From: an uncultured bacterium
GTDB lineage: Bacteria > Verrucomicrobiota > Verrucomicrobiia > Verrucomicrobiales > DEV007
Direction: 5' to 3'
Assembly: GCA_963977015.1 (NCBI GenBank)
Contig: CAXBMO010000004.1
Coordinates: 192,001-256,000, forward strand
DNA: 64,000 nucleotides
Of the stretch, positions 1-8,816 are shown one piece after another. The notes beneath the pieces are model-generated. The model was not told where the DNA came from and made no database searches. It was given only the letters and a program-made list of their open reading frames with translations. A program made the translations under genes and the position numbers. How positions within the stretch are numbered: the first letter of the stretch is position 1; each line of letters starts with the position of its first letter.

Positions 1-83
1 GCCGGATCGGAGCGGCTCGTGGATGACCTCTCCGTGGTGGGCGTGGAAATCGTGGGGTGAGACGAGACTCGGATTTCGGTCGC

Positions 84-458
84 CTACCTCATCTCACCGC
101 TTCGGATCAACGCAATCACCTCATCCAAATCGATCGGCTTCATCATGAGCTCCACCTGTTGGTTCTCGCAGGCTCGCGCGAAGATGTGTTGATTGGCTTC
201 GTCCAGTGCTTCAGAAAACCCGGTCATCAGAATCACCAGGATTTCAGGTTGTTCGCGCTGGATCTCCCGGCAAGCTTCCATCCCGTTCAGATGCGGCATC
301 CGGATGTCCATGAGCAGGGCGTCGGGTTTCCAGTTCCTGCATTTCGCCACAGCTTCCCGGCCATCTGGGGCGGTCGCCACGTCGAAGTCGGCCAGTTGCA
401 GATTGCGCGCCAGTCCCGCAACCACATCGGGTTCATCATCAACAATCAGAATCTTCAT
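84..458 (-). CDS. Single-domain response regulator (REC)
   Basis: MKILIVDDE start, phosphoacceptor region LLMDIRMP, TG and KP motifs. Overlaps the kinase stop by 4 bp. Confidence 0.93.
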   Translation of the reverse strand: MKILIVDDEPDVVAGLARNLQLADFDVATAPDGREAVAKCRNWKPDALLMDIRMPHLNGMEACREIQREQPEILVILMTGFSEALDEANQHIFARACENQQVELMMKPIDLDEVIALIRSGEMR

Positions 459-2788
459 GCATCAAGGGGGGAATTTGAGTTGAGAACCAGGCGAAACGTC
501 GCCCCCGTTCCAGGCGTGCTCTGCACGGAGAGTCCGCCTTGGTTGAGCTCAGCATACCGCCGCGACACCGCCAGCCCAAGCCCAATCCCCTTTGTTTTGG
601 TCGTGAACAACGGATCGAAGACTTTTTCCAGGTTCTCTTCCGGGATTCCGCCCCCGGTATCGCGGACTTCGACGGACACTTTTTCGCTTTCGCGGCTCAC
701 GCAAATTTCCAATGCGCCGCCGTCCGGCATGGCCTGAACCGCATTTTGAATCAGATTCGTCAAAATGCGCGTGATCTGCTCCGGGTTGCCGTGAACCTCG
801 GCTTCACCCTCACCCTCCGGCCCCTCAAGGCGAATGCTTTCCGGGACGGGGACCAGATCCAGCGCCCGGTCGATCGTTTCGCCGATGGGAAAGAGCGAAA
901 CTTCGCAGGCAGGCTCCCGCACAAAGTCGAGCATCTCGCCAATGATGTGATCGGAACTGCCGATGGCCCGTTGCATTTCGTCGAGCACCTCGCGCATGAT
1001 CGGATCCCCCGGGGCCGCGGTCTTTTCCAGGTAATAAACGGCGTTGCGCAGCACCGTGAGCGGAGTGCGCAACTCGTGGGCGACGCCACCGGCCAGTTGG
1101 CCAAGGGTCGCGAGACGCTCGTTGCGCACCAGTTCATCCTGGGCCTCCCGCAGGCTTCGCAGCGATTCTTCCAGCTTCAATTCGGCCTGTTTGCGGGCGT
1201 CGATGTCGCGCATGACCGCAATGAAATATTCCGGCTCCCCATCCGGCCGGCGCATCAGCGAAACCGTGATCCTGATCCAGACGGCCGAGCCGTCCTTGCG
1301 AATATAGCGCTTGTCACTCGAATAATTCGGGATCTCACCGGAGAGAACGCGCCGCGATTGCTCCCAGTCGGCTTCCCGATGATCGGGATGGGTGATGTCG
1401 CTAAACATTTTGGTGATCAACTCCTCCCGACTGTAGCCGACAATCTCGCAGAACCGCTCATTTACTTGCAGCCAGTGGCCGTCCGGGGCGACGTGGGCCA
1501 TGCCGACCGCCGCGTTCTCGAAGGTGCCCCGGAACTGCGCCAAGGACTCGCGAAGTCCCTGCTCGGCGTGCTTGCGCGCGGTGATGTCCTGCACGATGCC
1601 TGCCACCGCGAGAATTTTCCCGCTTTCATCACAGATCCGCGAAGCCGTGATGTGGACCCAGACGAAGTTGCCGTCTTTGCGCAGGTAGCGCTTTTCCTGG
1701 ATGTAAACGGGGTCCTTTCCCTCGAAGAAGCGCTGCACCTTGCGCTTGTCGGCCTCGATGTCATCCGGATGATCCAGATCGGACGGCACCATACCCAGCA
1801 ACTCCTCGCGGCTGTAACCGGTGATCTCGCAATACCGGTCGTTGACCCGCGACAGGCGCCCCTGCGAATCGAGATACACCGCTCCCACGGCAGAGTCTTC
1901 AAAAAAGGCGCGAAAATGCTCGTCGCTGACGCGTTCGGCGGCTTGCAACGTGGCGGTGACGTCGTTGTGCACTCCCAGCATGCGTCGCGGCTTCCCTTCG
2001 GCATCGCGGATCGCGATTCCATAGCAGCGCACCCATACGGTGGAGTCGTCCTCGTGGCGGTAACGAACAAGCTGGTCGTAGGGATGCTCCGGGTCGGCGC
2101 AGTGCTTCTTGAAATTCTCCAGCGCAACCTCCAGATCTTCGGGAAAGATCATGTGCTGCCACTCGGAGGCGAAGTGCTTCTTTTCCTCCGGCTCATAGCC
2201 GAACGTGCGCCAGAAATTCGGGCTCATCCATTCGTGCTCGGGGTTGTCGAGATCCCAATACCAGATGCCGTCCAGCGATCCGGCCTCGAGAAATTCGATC
2301 ACCGACGGGTTTGAGCGCAGTTCCTCGTAGAATTCCCGTTTCAGATAGTGGTCCTGACTGGCGACGCGAAACCGGTCGTCGCTCAAGCGCCGGGCGTCTT
2401 CGACTTCCCGGCGCGGGCTGACGTCCATGATCGAGATCAAGGTCCGCTTCTCGCCGCCCCATTCCAGCGGGGTCAACCTGGTTTCCACGGGAATCTCGCG
2501 ACCGTCCTTGCGCCGGGCAGCAAGTTCGCGCCCCGCCTCCATGGGTTGCGCTTCAGGGGAGAGAACCGAGTCGGCCTGGCGAAAGAGTTCGGGCACGAGC
2601 CGTTCAACCGGCGTGGCGAGGACTTCCTCCCGGCGGTAGCCAAAGAGCCGTTCCGCCTCTGAGTTGAACAGTTCAATCTCACCGCCCGCCCCAAGCACCA
2701 CCATGGCAACCGGGACCGCTTCGACAATAGCTTCGAGGTCGCGCTCGCTCCCGGCGAGCACTTTACTTTCGCTGCCAAAGTCTTCCAT
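455..2788 (-). CDS. Multi-PAS sensor histidine kinase (about 4 PAS/PAC + HisKA + HATPase)
   Basis: Repeated PAS/PAC motifs (HPDD, RKDG..W). H-box VAHELRTPL, N-box NLIQNAVQA, G boxes DTGGGI and GIGLGL. No obvious TM segment. Confidence 0.95.
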   Translation of the reverse strand: MEDFGSESKVLAGSERDLEAIVEAVPVAMVVLGAGGEIELFNSEAERLFGYRREEVLATPVERLVPELFRQADSVLSPEAQPMEAGRELAARRKDGREIPVETRLTPLEWGGEKRTLISIMDVSPRREVEDARRLSDDRFRVASQDHYLKREFYEELRSNPSVIEFLEAGSLDGIWYWDLDNPEHEWMSPNFWRTFGYEPEEKKHFASEWQHMIFPEDLEVALENFKKHCADPEHPYDQLVRYRHEDDSTVWVRCYGIAIRDAEGKPRRMLGVHNDVTATLQAAERVSDEHFRAFFEDSAVGAVYLDSQGRLSRVNDRYCEITGYSREELLGMVPSDLDHPDDIEADKRKVQRFFEGKDPVYIQEKRYLRKDGNFVWVHITASRICDESGKILAVAGIVQDITARKHAEQGLRESLAQFRGTFENAAVGMAHVAPDGHWLQVNERFCEIVGYSREELITKMFSDITHPDHREADWEQSRRVLSGEIPNYSSDKRYIRKDGSAVWIRITVSLMRRPDGEPEYFIAVMRDIDARKQAELKLEESLRSLREAQDELVRNERLATLGQLAGGVAHELRTPLTVLRNAVYYLEKTAAPGDPIMREVLDEMQRAIGSSDHIIGEMLDFVREPACEVSLFPIGETIDRALDLVPVPESIRLEGPEGEGEAEVHGNPEQITRILTNLIQNAVQAMPDGGALEICVSRESEKVSVEVRDTGGGIPEENLEKVFDPLFTTKTKGIGLGLAVSRRYAELNQGGLSVQSTPGTGATFRLVLNSNSPLDA

Positions 2789-2867
2789 AGTAAATTCACC
2801 TACACGGATTTGGCGTTTTTCTCAACGCCCTTCATCGAATCGCCTGAAATCCGACCCAGCCCGATTC

Positions 2868-2972
2868 TTACAAGACCGGGGAGCAATTCGCATTGAGAAC
2901 CAGACGAAACGTCGTTCCCGTTCCAAGCGTGCCCTTACGAGAAAAACCGTCTTGGTGAAGACTGCATACCGC
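2868..2972 (-). pseudogene. Decayed copy of the 3' end of a histidine kinase paralogous to 455..2788
   Basis: 2893-2932 matches 480-519 at 36/40 nt. The translation GTGTTFRLVLNANCSPVL* mirrors GTGATFRLVLNSNSPLDA*. The stop codons align and there is a 1-nt indel. Confidence 0.75.
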
Positions 2973-3120
2973 ACTAGCGAACAACGATTTGTGGAACCAA
3001 ACTTCCGCATGGTGTATAATTGAGGCCGGAAATCGGACGCACTCCCGCGACCTTTCCCTTCACAAAACCCCAACTCGTTTGCCGCCGGGGCGCGAGTTTG
3101 CTTCCCGAGCGGCTGCCACC

Positions 3121-3372
3121 ATGAAGCCGACCTGCCAAAGTGATGCACTCCGGCAACTGGGCGAGCAAATCCGAAGCCGCCTGAAGCCGGGGATGACCTT
3201 TACGATAAGGCATCCGGTGGAGATCCAACTGCTGGCTCCGTTGAGTGCGGCGCGATTGCGCGAGTTCGCCGACTACCACGGACTCCACGCCGTACGCAAC
3301 TCCGATGGCCGGCAGATCCATTTTACTCCCAAGGCATGGCCGGTTTTTCTCGAACTCGGCCAGGCCGCCTGA
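3121..3372 (+). CDS. Small hypothetical protein (83 aa)
   Basis: ATG at 3121 with normal codon usage. Followed after 2 nt by another small ORF. Confidence 0.6.
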   Translation: MKPTCQSDALRQLGEQIRSRLKPGMTFTIRHPVEIQLLAPLSAARLREFADYHGLHAVRNSDGRQIHFTPKAWPVFLELGQAA

Positions 3373-3374
3373 CA

Positions 3375-3503
3375 ATGAACCGAAAACGAACCCGAACCAT
3401 GGAAGGTATCCTCTACCTCTTGTTCATCTCCCCAGCGATCATCTATTTCGCATGGATGCTGTGTTGGTGGGCCTGGTCACAAACGGCAAACCGATACAGG
3501 TAA
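3375..3503 (+). CDS. Small single-TM protein (42 aa; alternative ATG at 3399)
   Basis: Hand translation MNRKRTRTMEGILYLLFISPAIIYFAWMLCWWAWSQTANRYR*. One hydrophobic helix; below the ORF-track size cut-off. Confidence 0.45.
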   Translation: MNRKRTRTMEGILYLLFISPAIIYFAWMLCWWAWSQTANRYR

Positions 3504-3760
3504 CCAGGCCAGGGACCGGGCACCGGTCTTGAGGCGAAATTTTGCCGCTGCAATCAACCAGATTGCGACACCGCAAGATGGCTGGTCGGGGCGGCTTACG
3601 TCTCGCGCAACGCCGGGCCGGGAGCCGCTGAGTCACCCCTGCCCGTCAAAAAACGTTGACGAGCGGGCTGGCCTTCCTAGGCTCCGCTCACGCCAATTGG
3701 GCGCGGACTTCAGCCGGGACGGATGTCCTTGAGCGAATCAATCCCAACTCTACTTTTTTC

Positions 3761-5254
3761 ATGCAAAATCCCTTCCTTTCACGCTTCGCCGCGGCGCTCT
3801 GCCTCCTCCTGCCTTCGTTTGCCGGCGCTCAAGCCATCCACATTCCCGCCACGGCTCAGGAATCCCCCACCCTTCCCGTTCCTGGCAACCTCCGCATTCC
3901 CTTCAACTGGCCTTCCATCGCGATCGCCCCAGCTGACGCCGGCTCTCCAACGCTCGTCAAGTGGTCTGCCCAGGAGCTTCCTCCCGGCGAGACCATCCGT
4001 CTCCGGCTCGTCACGGCCCTCGATTCCCGCGAACCGCTGCTCCTGGAGATCCGCATTCCGTCGGATTCCGAGCCGCTTGAGAATATCAATTTCAACTTCG
4101 CCCCTGTCTTCCAGTTCGGTGAAATTTCGTTGACCCGCGCCCAGGCGACCCGCGTTTTGGCCGAGGGGATCGTCATCACCCGGACTGTCGGCAAAGCGCC
4201 CTTCCACATCTTTGGTCCGGCTCCTGACGGAAAGGCCACTCCCGCCCTGATCCAGCCTCACCTCATGGTCGCGGGCGAAACCGATCCCTGGGCCGAATAC
4301 CTGACCCGCCTCGAAGGGCTCGACACGATTCAGCCCTTCGGCTGGATGGAAGGCTCCCTGCTCGATGGCGTTTGGGATCTCAGCAAGATTTCCCCAAATC
4401 GCAAGTTTGCCCAAGGTTACTCCGACCGGATCGATCTCTATCTCCGTGGCGACGAGCTGATCTACGAGGACCCGAAAAGCCGACCTGCTGACGGCCGGGT
4501 TTGCGGCATTGAAGACTCGCTTCCCTTCGCCGCGATTGCGCGCACCCGCCCCGAGCACCCGAGCATCCAGATCGCGGTCGATTTTTGGAAGAAACACCGC
4601 CGTTCATCCGGTTTTGCCGAAGGTTGCATCCAGGATGGAGGAATGTGCAGCGCGGAAGGTGCCTACACCGTTGGTTACCCGCTCATGTACATCGCCGCAT
4701 TGCGCAATGACCCGCAACTCACCGCGCTCGCTCTCGATCAATTTCGCCTGCGCAAGAAGTTGCTCGTCGATGACGATGGGGGGATCTGGCTCCGAAACTC
4801 CAACGGCAGACGAACCATGAAAAACTGGGCTCGCGGCGTGACCTGGTATTATCTCGGCCTCATCCGCGGCATAGTCGAAGCGCCCGAAGGCACCGACACC
4901 ACCGATCTCCGCGCCGAAGCGGTTCGGGTCATGGAATTTGTGCTCCTTCACCAGCAGGAAAACGGCCTCTGGCGCAACCTCTTCGACATCCCCACGCAGA
5001 CCGTCGACACTTCCGGCTCCTCCGGCATCGCCGCCGCCCTCGCCATTGGAGCGAACGAAGGCATTCTCCCGGAAAAGGCGCGCGCCGCTGCGCAGAAAAC
5101 GAAAGATGGCCTCACCGCCTACCTCACCGCGGATGGTCTCCTCTCTCACGGCACTCCCAGCAACCGCTCGCCCGAAGCACAAAGCAATCGCCGGGTGATC
5201 TTTCCGGTTGGAATGGGCCTCGCCGCCCAACTTCTCGCCGCGCTGGAGGAGTAA
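3761..5254 (+). CDS. Secreted glycoside hydrolase, GH88/GH105-like (unsaturated glycuronyl hydrolase)
   Basis: Signal peptide from ATG 3761. The WARGVTW, QQENGLW and DTSGSS motifs are typical of GH105/88 (alpha/alpha)6 barrels. Confidence 0.75.
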   Translation: MQNPFLSRFAAALCLLLPSFAGAQAIHIPATAQESPTLPVPGNLRIPFNWPSIAIAPADAGSPTLVKWSAQELPPGETIRLRLVTALDSREPLLLEIRIPSDSEPLENINFNFAPVFQFGEISLTRAQATRVLAEGIVITRTVGKAPFHIFGPAPDGKATPALIQPHLMVAGETDPWAEYLTRLEGLDTIQPFGWMEGSLLDGVWDLSKISPNRKFAQGYSDRIDLYLRGDELIYEDPKSRPADGRVCGIEDSLPFAAIARTRPEHPSIQIAVDFWKKHRRSSGFAEGCIQDGGMCSAEGAYTVGYPLMYIAALRNDPQLTALALDQFRLRKKLLVDDDGGIWLRNSNGRRTMKNWARGVTWYYLGLIRGIVEAPEGTDTTDLRAEAVRVMEFVLLHQQENGLWRNLFDIPTQTVDTSGSSGIAAALAIGANEGILPEKARAAAQKTKDGLTAYLTADGLLSHGTPSNRSPEAQSNRRVIFPVGMGLAAQLLAALEE

Positions 5255-5340
5255 ATCGGCACAAGTCAAATCGGAGCGATTTGGAGACGAAACAAGGCCT
5301 TGGCGCCGATGGATTGGTGTAACCACACACCATAGCATCC

Positions 5341-6294
5341 ATGAAAAACTCGCCATTTCGTCCGTTTGCCAGCCTCGCCATCCTGATTCCTCTGTTCGCC
5401 ATCGGCAACCCCTTGCCCGAGGGTGATACCGGAATTGCGGCGCGGTATCCAGGCGATGCCAGAATCTCAAACGATCCCGAGGTGATCTTCGCCGACGATT
5501 TCGAGGGCCACGCCACCAAGGCGGACCTCAGCTCGATCTGGACCTCGGTTTTCAATCAGACCTCGCTCACCAAGGAAAAAGAAAACGTCTTTCGCGGCGA
5601 ACAAGCCATCGAATTCGCCGTCCCGGCGGACCGGATCATGGCGAGCGGTGCGGCCCGCTACCTTCTGCGGGAAGAGCAAAAACAGGATGTGGTGTTTCTG
5701 CGTTACTATTCCAAATTCGCCAGAACTTACGACGTGCTGGGCGGGGCTCACAACGGGGGCGCGATTTCCGCGAACATGTATGACAACCGCGGCCGGTCGT
5801 CTGCCGGAACCAGGGCGAACGGGAAGAACCACTTCGTCGCGGCGCTCGATCATGGACGCTGGCCGGGTTTCGGCGTGGAGAACCCGGGATTTCTCGGGAT
5901 ATACATCTACCATCTGGGTCAGCGCCACCAGTGGGGTGACGGCTTTTTCCCCACTGGCATGGTCATCCCGAATTCCAGCCTCAAGGCCGATTTCGGGCCG
6001 GATTTTGTCGCCCGCCCCAACATCGTGACCGAACTCGGCACCTGGCATTGCCACGAGCTGATGCTCCGGGCCAACACCCCGGGGAAAAAGGACGGACGCG
6101 CTGCGGCCTGGGTCGACGGCACCCTGGCGATGGACTTCCCCAACCTGCACTGCCGCGACATCGAATCGCTCAAAATCGATCACCTCCAGATCGGCCTCAA
6201 CATCAACACCAAGAAACATCCCGCGACGAAGAAGTGGTACGACAATGTCGTCGCGGCGACATCCTATATTGGCCCGGTGAAAGCCGCAGATTAG
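5341..6294 (+). CDS. Secreted polysaccharide-lyase-like / concanavalin-fold protein
   Basis: Signal peptide; motifs IFADDFE, FLRYYSKF, W.C.E.M..NTPG..DG...WVDG and WYDNVV. Confidence 0.6.
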   Translation: MKNSPFRPFASLAILIPLFAIGNPLPEGDTGIAARYPGDARISNDPEVIFADDFEGHATKADLSSIWTSVFNQTSLTKEKENVFRGEQAIEFAVPADRIMASGAARYLLREEQKQDVVFLRYYSKFARTYDVLGGAHNGGAISANMYDNRGRSSAGTRANGKNHFVAALDHGRWPGFGVENPGFLGIYIYHLGQRHQWGDGFFPTGMVIPNSSLKADFGPDFVARPNIVTELGTWHCHELMLRANTPGKKDGRAAAWVDGTLAMDFPNLHCRDIESLKIDHLQIGLNINTKKHPATKKWYDNVVAATSYIGPVKAAD

Positions 6295-6295
6295 G

Positions 6296-6601
6296 CGGAA
6301 TGGAAAGCTTTACATCATCAGCGGCGAACGCGGCGAGCAGGCTTCGGTCATTTGCCTCAATGCGAACACCGGCGAGGAGTTTTGAAAGTCGCCAGCTGCA
6401 AACTCCCACAGCACCCTCGCGGTCCTCGTCACTGAGCAGGGTGAAATGATCATCGGCCAGCCCTCCCCGGAGCAATTCGTCGAAACGCAACACGCCCAGA
6501 TTCACCGCCCTCAGGTCCGCAACGTCCCAGCGTATTGGGAAGGCAAACTCTACGCGCGCAACCAAAAAGGCGAGCTGATCTGCGTGCAGATCTCAAAGTA
6601 A
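6296..6601 (+). pseudogene. C-terminal remnant of a PQQ-binding-like (BamB-type) beta-propeller protein
   Basis: Frame from 6299 reads NGKLYIISG...VICLNANTGEEF*K...PAYWEGKLYARNQKGELICVQISK*. There is an in-frame TGA at 6383-6385 where Trp is expected, and no start codon. Confidence 0.7.
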
Positions 6602-6647
6602 CACGGAGGGACACCCAAAACGAAAATCGACCAGCCCCAAAAGGACT

Positions 6648-7493
6648 CTACCGGTCGAGTTTCGCCCAGCGGGTCAGCCAGACCTGGTAACGATCCCCGA
6701 CACCGGCGCTGTCGGGATCGCTGGAGTAATCAAGCTCAACGTCGCCAACCCCGGGCACGGTTTCCACCACCTCGGCGATCTTCTTGGCAATTAGTGCGTC
6801 TTCGGTCTTCCGAAAATAGCGCACCTCATTGTCGTTGACCCGGCGCACCTCGACGGACACAGCCGGCACGTCGAACCCAGCGGCGATGAGCTCCTTTTTG
6901 ATCTCCTCGCCCAGATCCCGCTGGCTTTCGCTGGCGAGATGCAGATAAACGCGAGAGCGGCGTTCGATTCCCGGCATGGCGCGGTCGAGTTGGGTTTCGA
7001 TGGAGGTCAGGCCGCTGCCGAGCTTGGCGCGAGCTTCCATAATCTTCGCTTCAGTGGCTCCGCTGTTGGAGAGCAGGTTGGCGCGCCACTGGGCGGTGCG
7101 TAGGTCATTGATCACGATCACCAGACTGTCCACTTCGCCGCGCACGTTCCCGAGAATCTCGTTGGTCTCGGCAATTTGCTTCTTGGCACTGGCAGCTTCC
7201 GCACGCACGGTCTTCTCTCGTTCCTCAGCCTCGGCTCTCAACTTCTCCGCATCCTCCGCGCGCTGTTTCAGTTCTGCCTCCCGTTTGCCTCGCTCGGCCT
7301 CATGACGATGAGCGGCGGATACTTGTGAGCGCCAGACCTCCACTTGCGTTGAAGAGTAGAGCAACCAGATGGCGCCAACCGCCAAGGGCAGCGCCGCCAT
7401 CATCAAAACGAACCAGCGCGAACGCTTCTCATTCAATTCCGCGCGATAAATGGACTGCTCGAGTTCGGTGTTTGCTATCCGGATGTCCGTCAT
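6648..7493 (-). CDS. Membrane protein: N-terminal TM, coiled coil, C-terminal LytR_C-like domain
   Basis: TM WFVLMMAALPLAVGAIWLLY followed by an E/K/R/A-rich heptad region. The C-terminus RVYLH...ELIAAGFDV...EVRYF...AKKIA resembles LytR_C. Confidence 0.7.
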   Translation of the reverse strand: MTDIRIANTELEQSIYRAELNEKRSRWFVLMMAALPLAVGAIWLLYSSTQVEVWRSQVSAAHRHEAERGKREAELKQRAEDAEKLRAEAEEREKTVRAEAASAKKQIAETNEILGNVRGEVDSLVIVINDLRTAQWRANLLSNSGATEAKIMEARAKLGSGLTSIETQLDRAMPGIERRSRVYLHLASESQRDLGEEIKKELIAAGFDVPAVSVEVRRVNDNEVRYFRKTEDALIAKKIAEVVETVPGVGDVELDYSSDPDSAGVGDRYQVWLTRWAKLDR

Positions 7494-7518
7494 GTGAATA
7501 TTTCTTACTTCATTGAGT

Positions 7519-8562
7519 TTAAAAGGTGCCGCCGCGCATCAATTGGGCCTTCTTCATCAGGATCGCTCGCTCGCGGGAAGGCAACGAATCGTCCATCAAG
7601 CCGGTCTTCACGTATTTCAGGGTGACGATGCCGGCGACAATCGCGCGAACGTGCTGGCGCAGTACCAAGGCAATGCTTGCCGTAAAGAGTGCCGCCCCGG
7701 CAAGACTGAAGAACAGCGGCTGACTCCAGCGGATCAGCCCCAGAAGCGCGCCCAAAACCAGCAGACCAGCCGCCACCAGCAACAGCTTCTGGATGCACTC
7801 GCGAAAAAGCACCAGGTTCTTCTGCCGCAACTTGAAGACCTGCTCGAGCCGAAGCGCCTGCCTCGCCGAGTCCTCCTCGGTCCAGGGATCCAACTGTTGC
7901 GGCGCGAAAATCGAGGCCGTTGCAGAAGAAGCCGCCAGCTCCACTTTACGCTCCGGGTTGTCCTTTTCCGGGGGTTCCTTGTGATCTTTGCTTTTGCTCT
8001 TCTCGCTCCTCTCGTTGTCAGCGTCGGATGACGCCTCCCCGTCACGCGGAGCCAAATCCCCCTCCTCATCATTGCCCGGCGCCAAGAGGGCCTGAATCTC
8101 ATCCGTCGCAATTTTGAAGACATCTTCGCCCTGCGAAAGGTTCAGGCTGTCGAGCGGACGTTGCAGATTGTGCAACGGCTCAAACTCCTTGAATTCTGAA
8201 TGCTCGTAAAAGCAATGTCGCGCCAGCACCTGCCGAACGCAGGCTCCGCGATGGCTGGCCTCTTTCAGCAGACGAGGCAGGTGGAGCCTGGATACCAACG
8301 GTGAAGCGAGCATATTCTCACTGGTCAACACCATGATGACGGCGGCGGCGTCGATCGCTGCCTTGATCTTCTCGCGACCGTTCACCTTGCGATACTCTCC
8401 CTCGTCGATCCGCGCCACGCCGCATCCCGTTGGCAGCCGCGTGCTCAGGGCCGTCCGAAGCAGATTCGCCCATTGCTCGTCACCGCGACTCGACAAGATG
8501 AGGATCTCGCCCCGATGGCCGTTCTGTGATTCGTTGAAAACGGAAAGGAAGGTGCTTTTCAC
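7519..8562 (-). CDS. TIR-like domain protein with charged linker and two C-terminal TM helices
   Basis: Residues ~19-160 follow the TIR_2 pattern (S..D..W...L; I..AI..A.V..VL.S..LAS; LP.LL; PL.SL). Two hydrophobic helices lie near the C-terminus. GTG start. Confidence 0.7.
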   Translation of the reverse strand: MKSTFLSVFNESQNGHRGEILILSSRGDEQWANLLRTALSTRLPTGCGVARIDEGEYRKVNGREKIKAAIDAAAVIMVLTSENMLASPLVSRLHLPRLLKEASHRGACVRQVLARHCFYEHSEFKEFEPLHNLQRPLDSLNLSQGEDVFKIATDEIQALLAPGNDEEGDLAPRDGEASSDADNERSEKSKSKDHKEPPEKDNPERKVELAASSATASIFAPQQLDPWTEEDSARQALRLEQVFKLRQKNLVLFRECIQKLLLVAAGLLVLGALLGLIRWSQPLFFSLAGAALFTASIALVLRQHVRAIVAGIVTLKYVKTGLMDDSLPSRERAILMKKAQLMRGGTF

Positions 8563-8816
8563 AGTTCGGGGCCACAGGCCAAAGTTGCCTGGAGTTGGGG
8601 GGGGAGAGAGGAGAACTCTTGAATGGACCTTCCACTTTGAACGGCCCGCCGGACAAATCGTTGGTTAGCGTGAAGGACCGGGTGCCTGAGCCACGGTCGA
8701 TCGTCAATCCAAAACGTCATGACTGACACCATAAGAATTCATCCGGGTGCCGTCAATGTTGTTCGGAAATTCGTCAGGATTACCTCTCCCCTCCTCCCCG
8801 CCGGAACAGCGGAAGC

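Noticed and set aside
6383-6385. TGA recoding (Trp or selenocysteine)
   Set aside because: TGA terminates many intact genes in the window and the fragment has no start. A nonsense mutation is the simpler explanation.
8597-8604. G8 tract upstream of the TIR-like gene as a phase-variation switch
   Set aside because: It is short for a GC-rich genome, and a single sequence gives no evidence of length variation.
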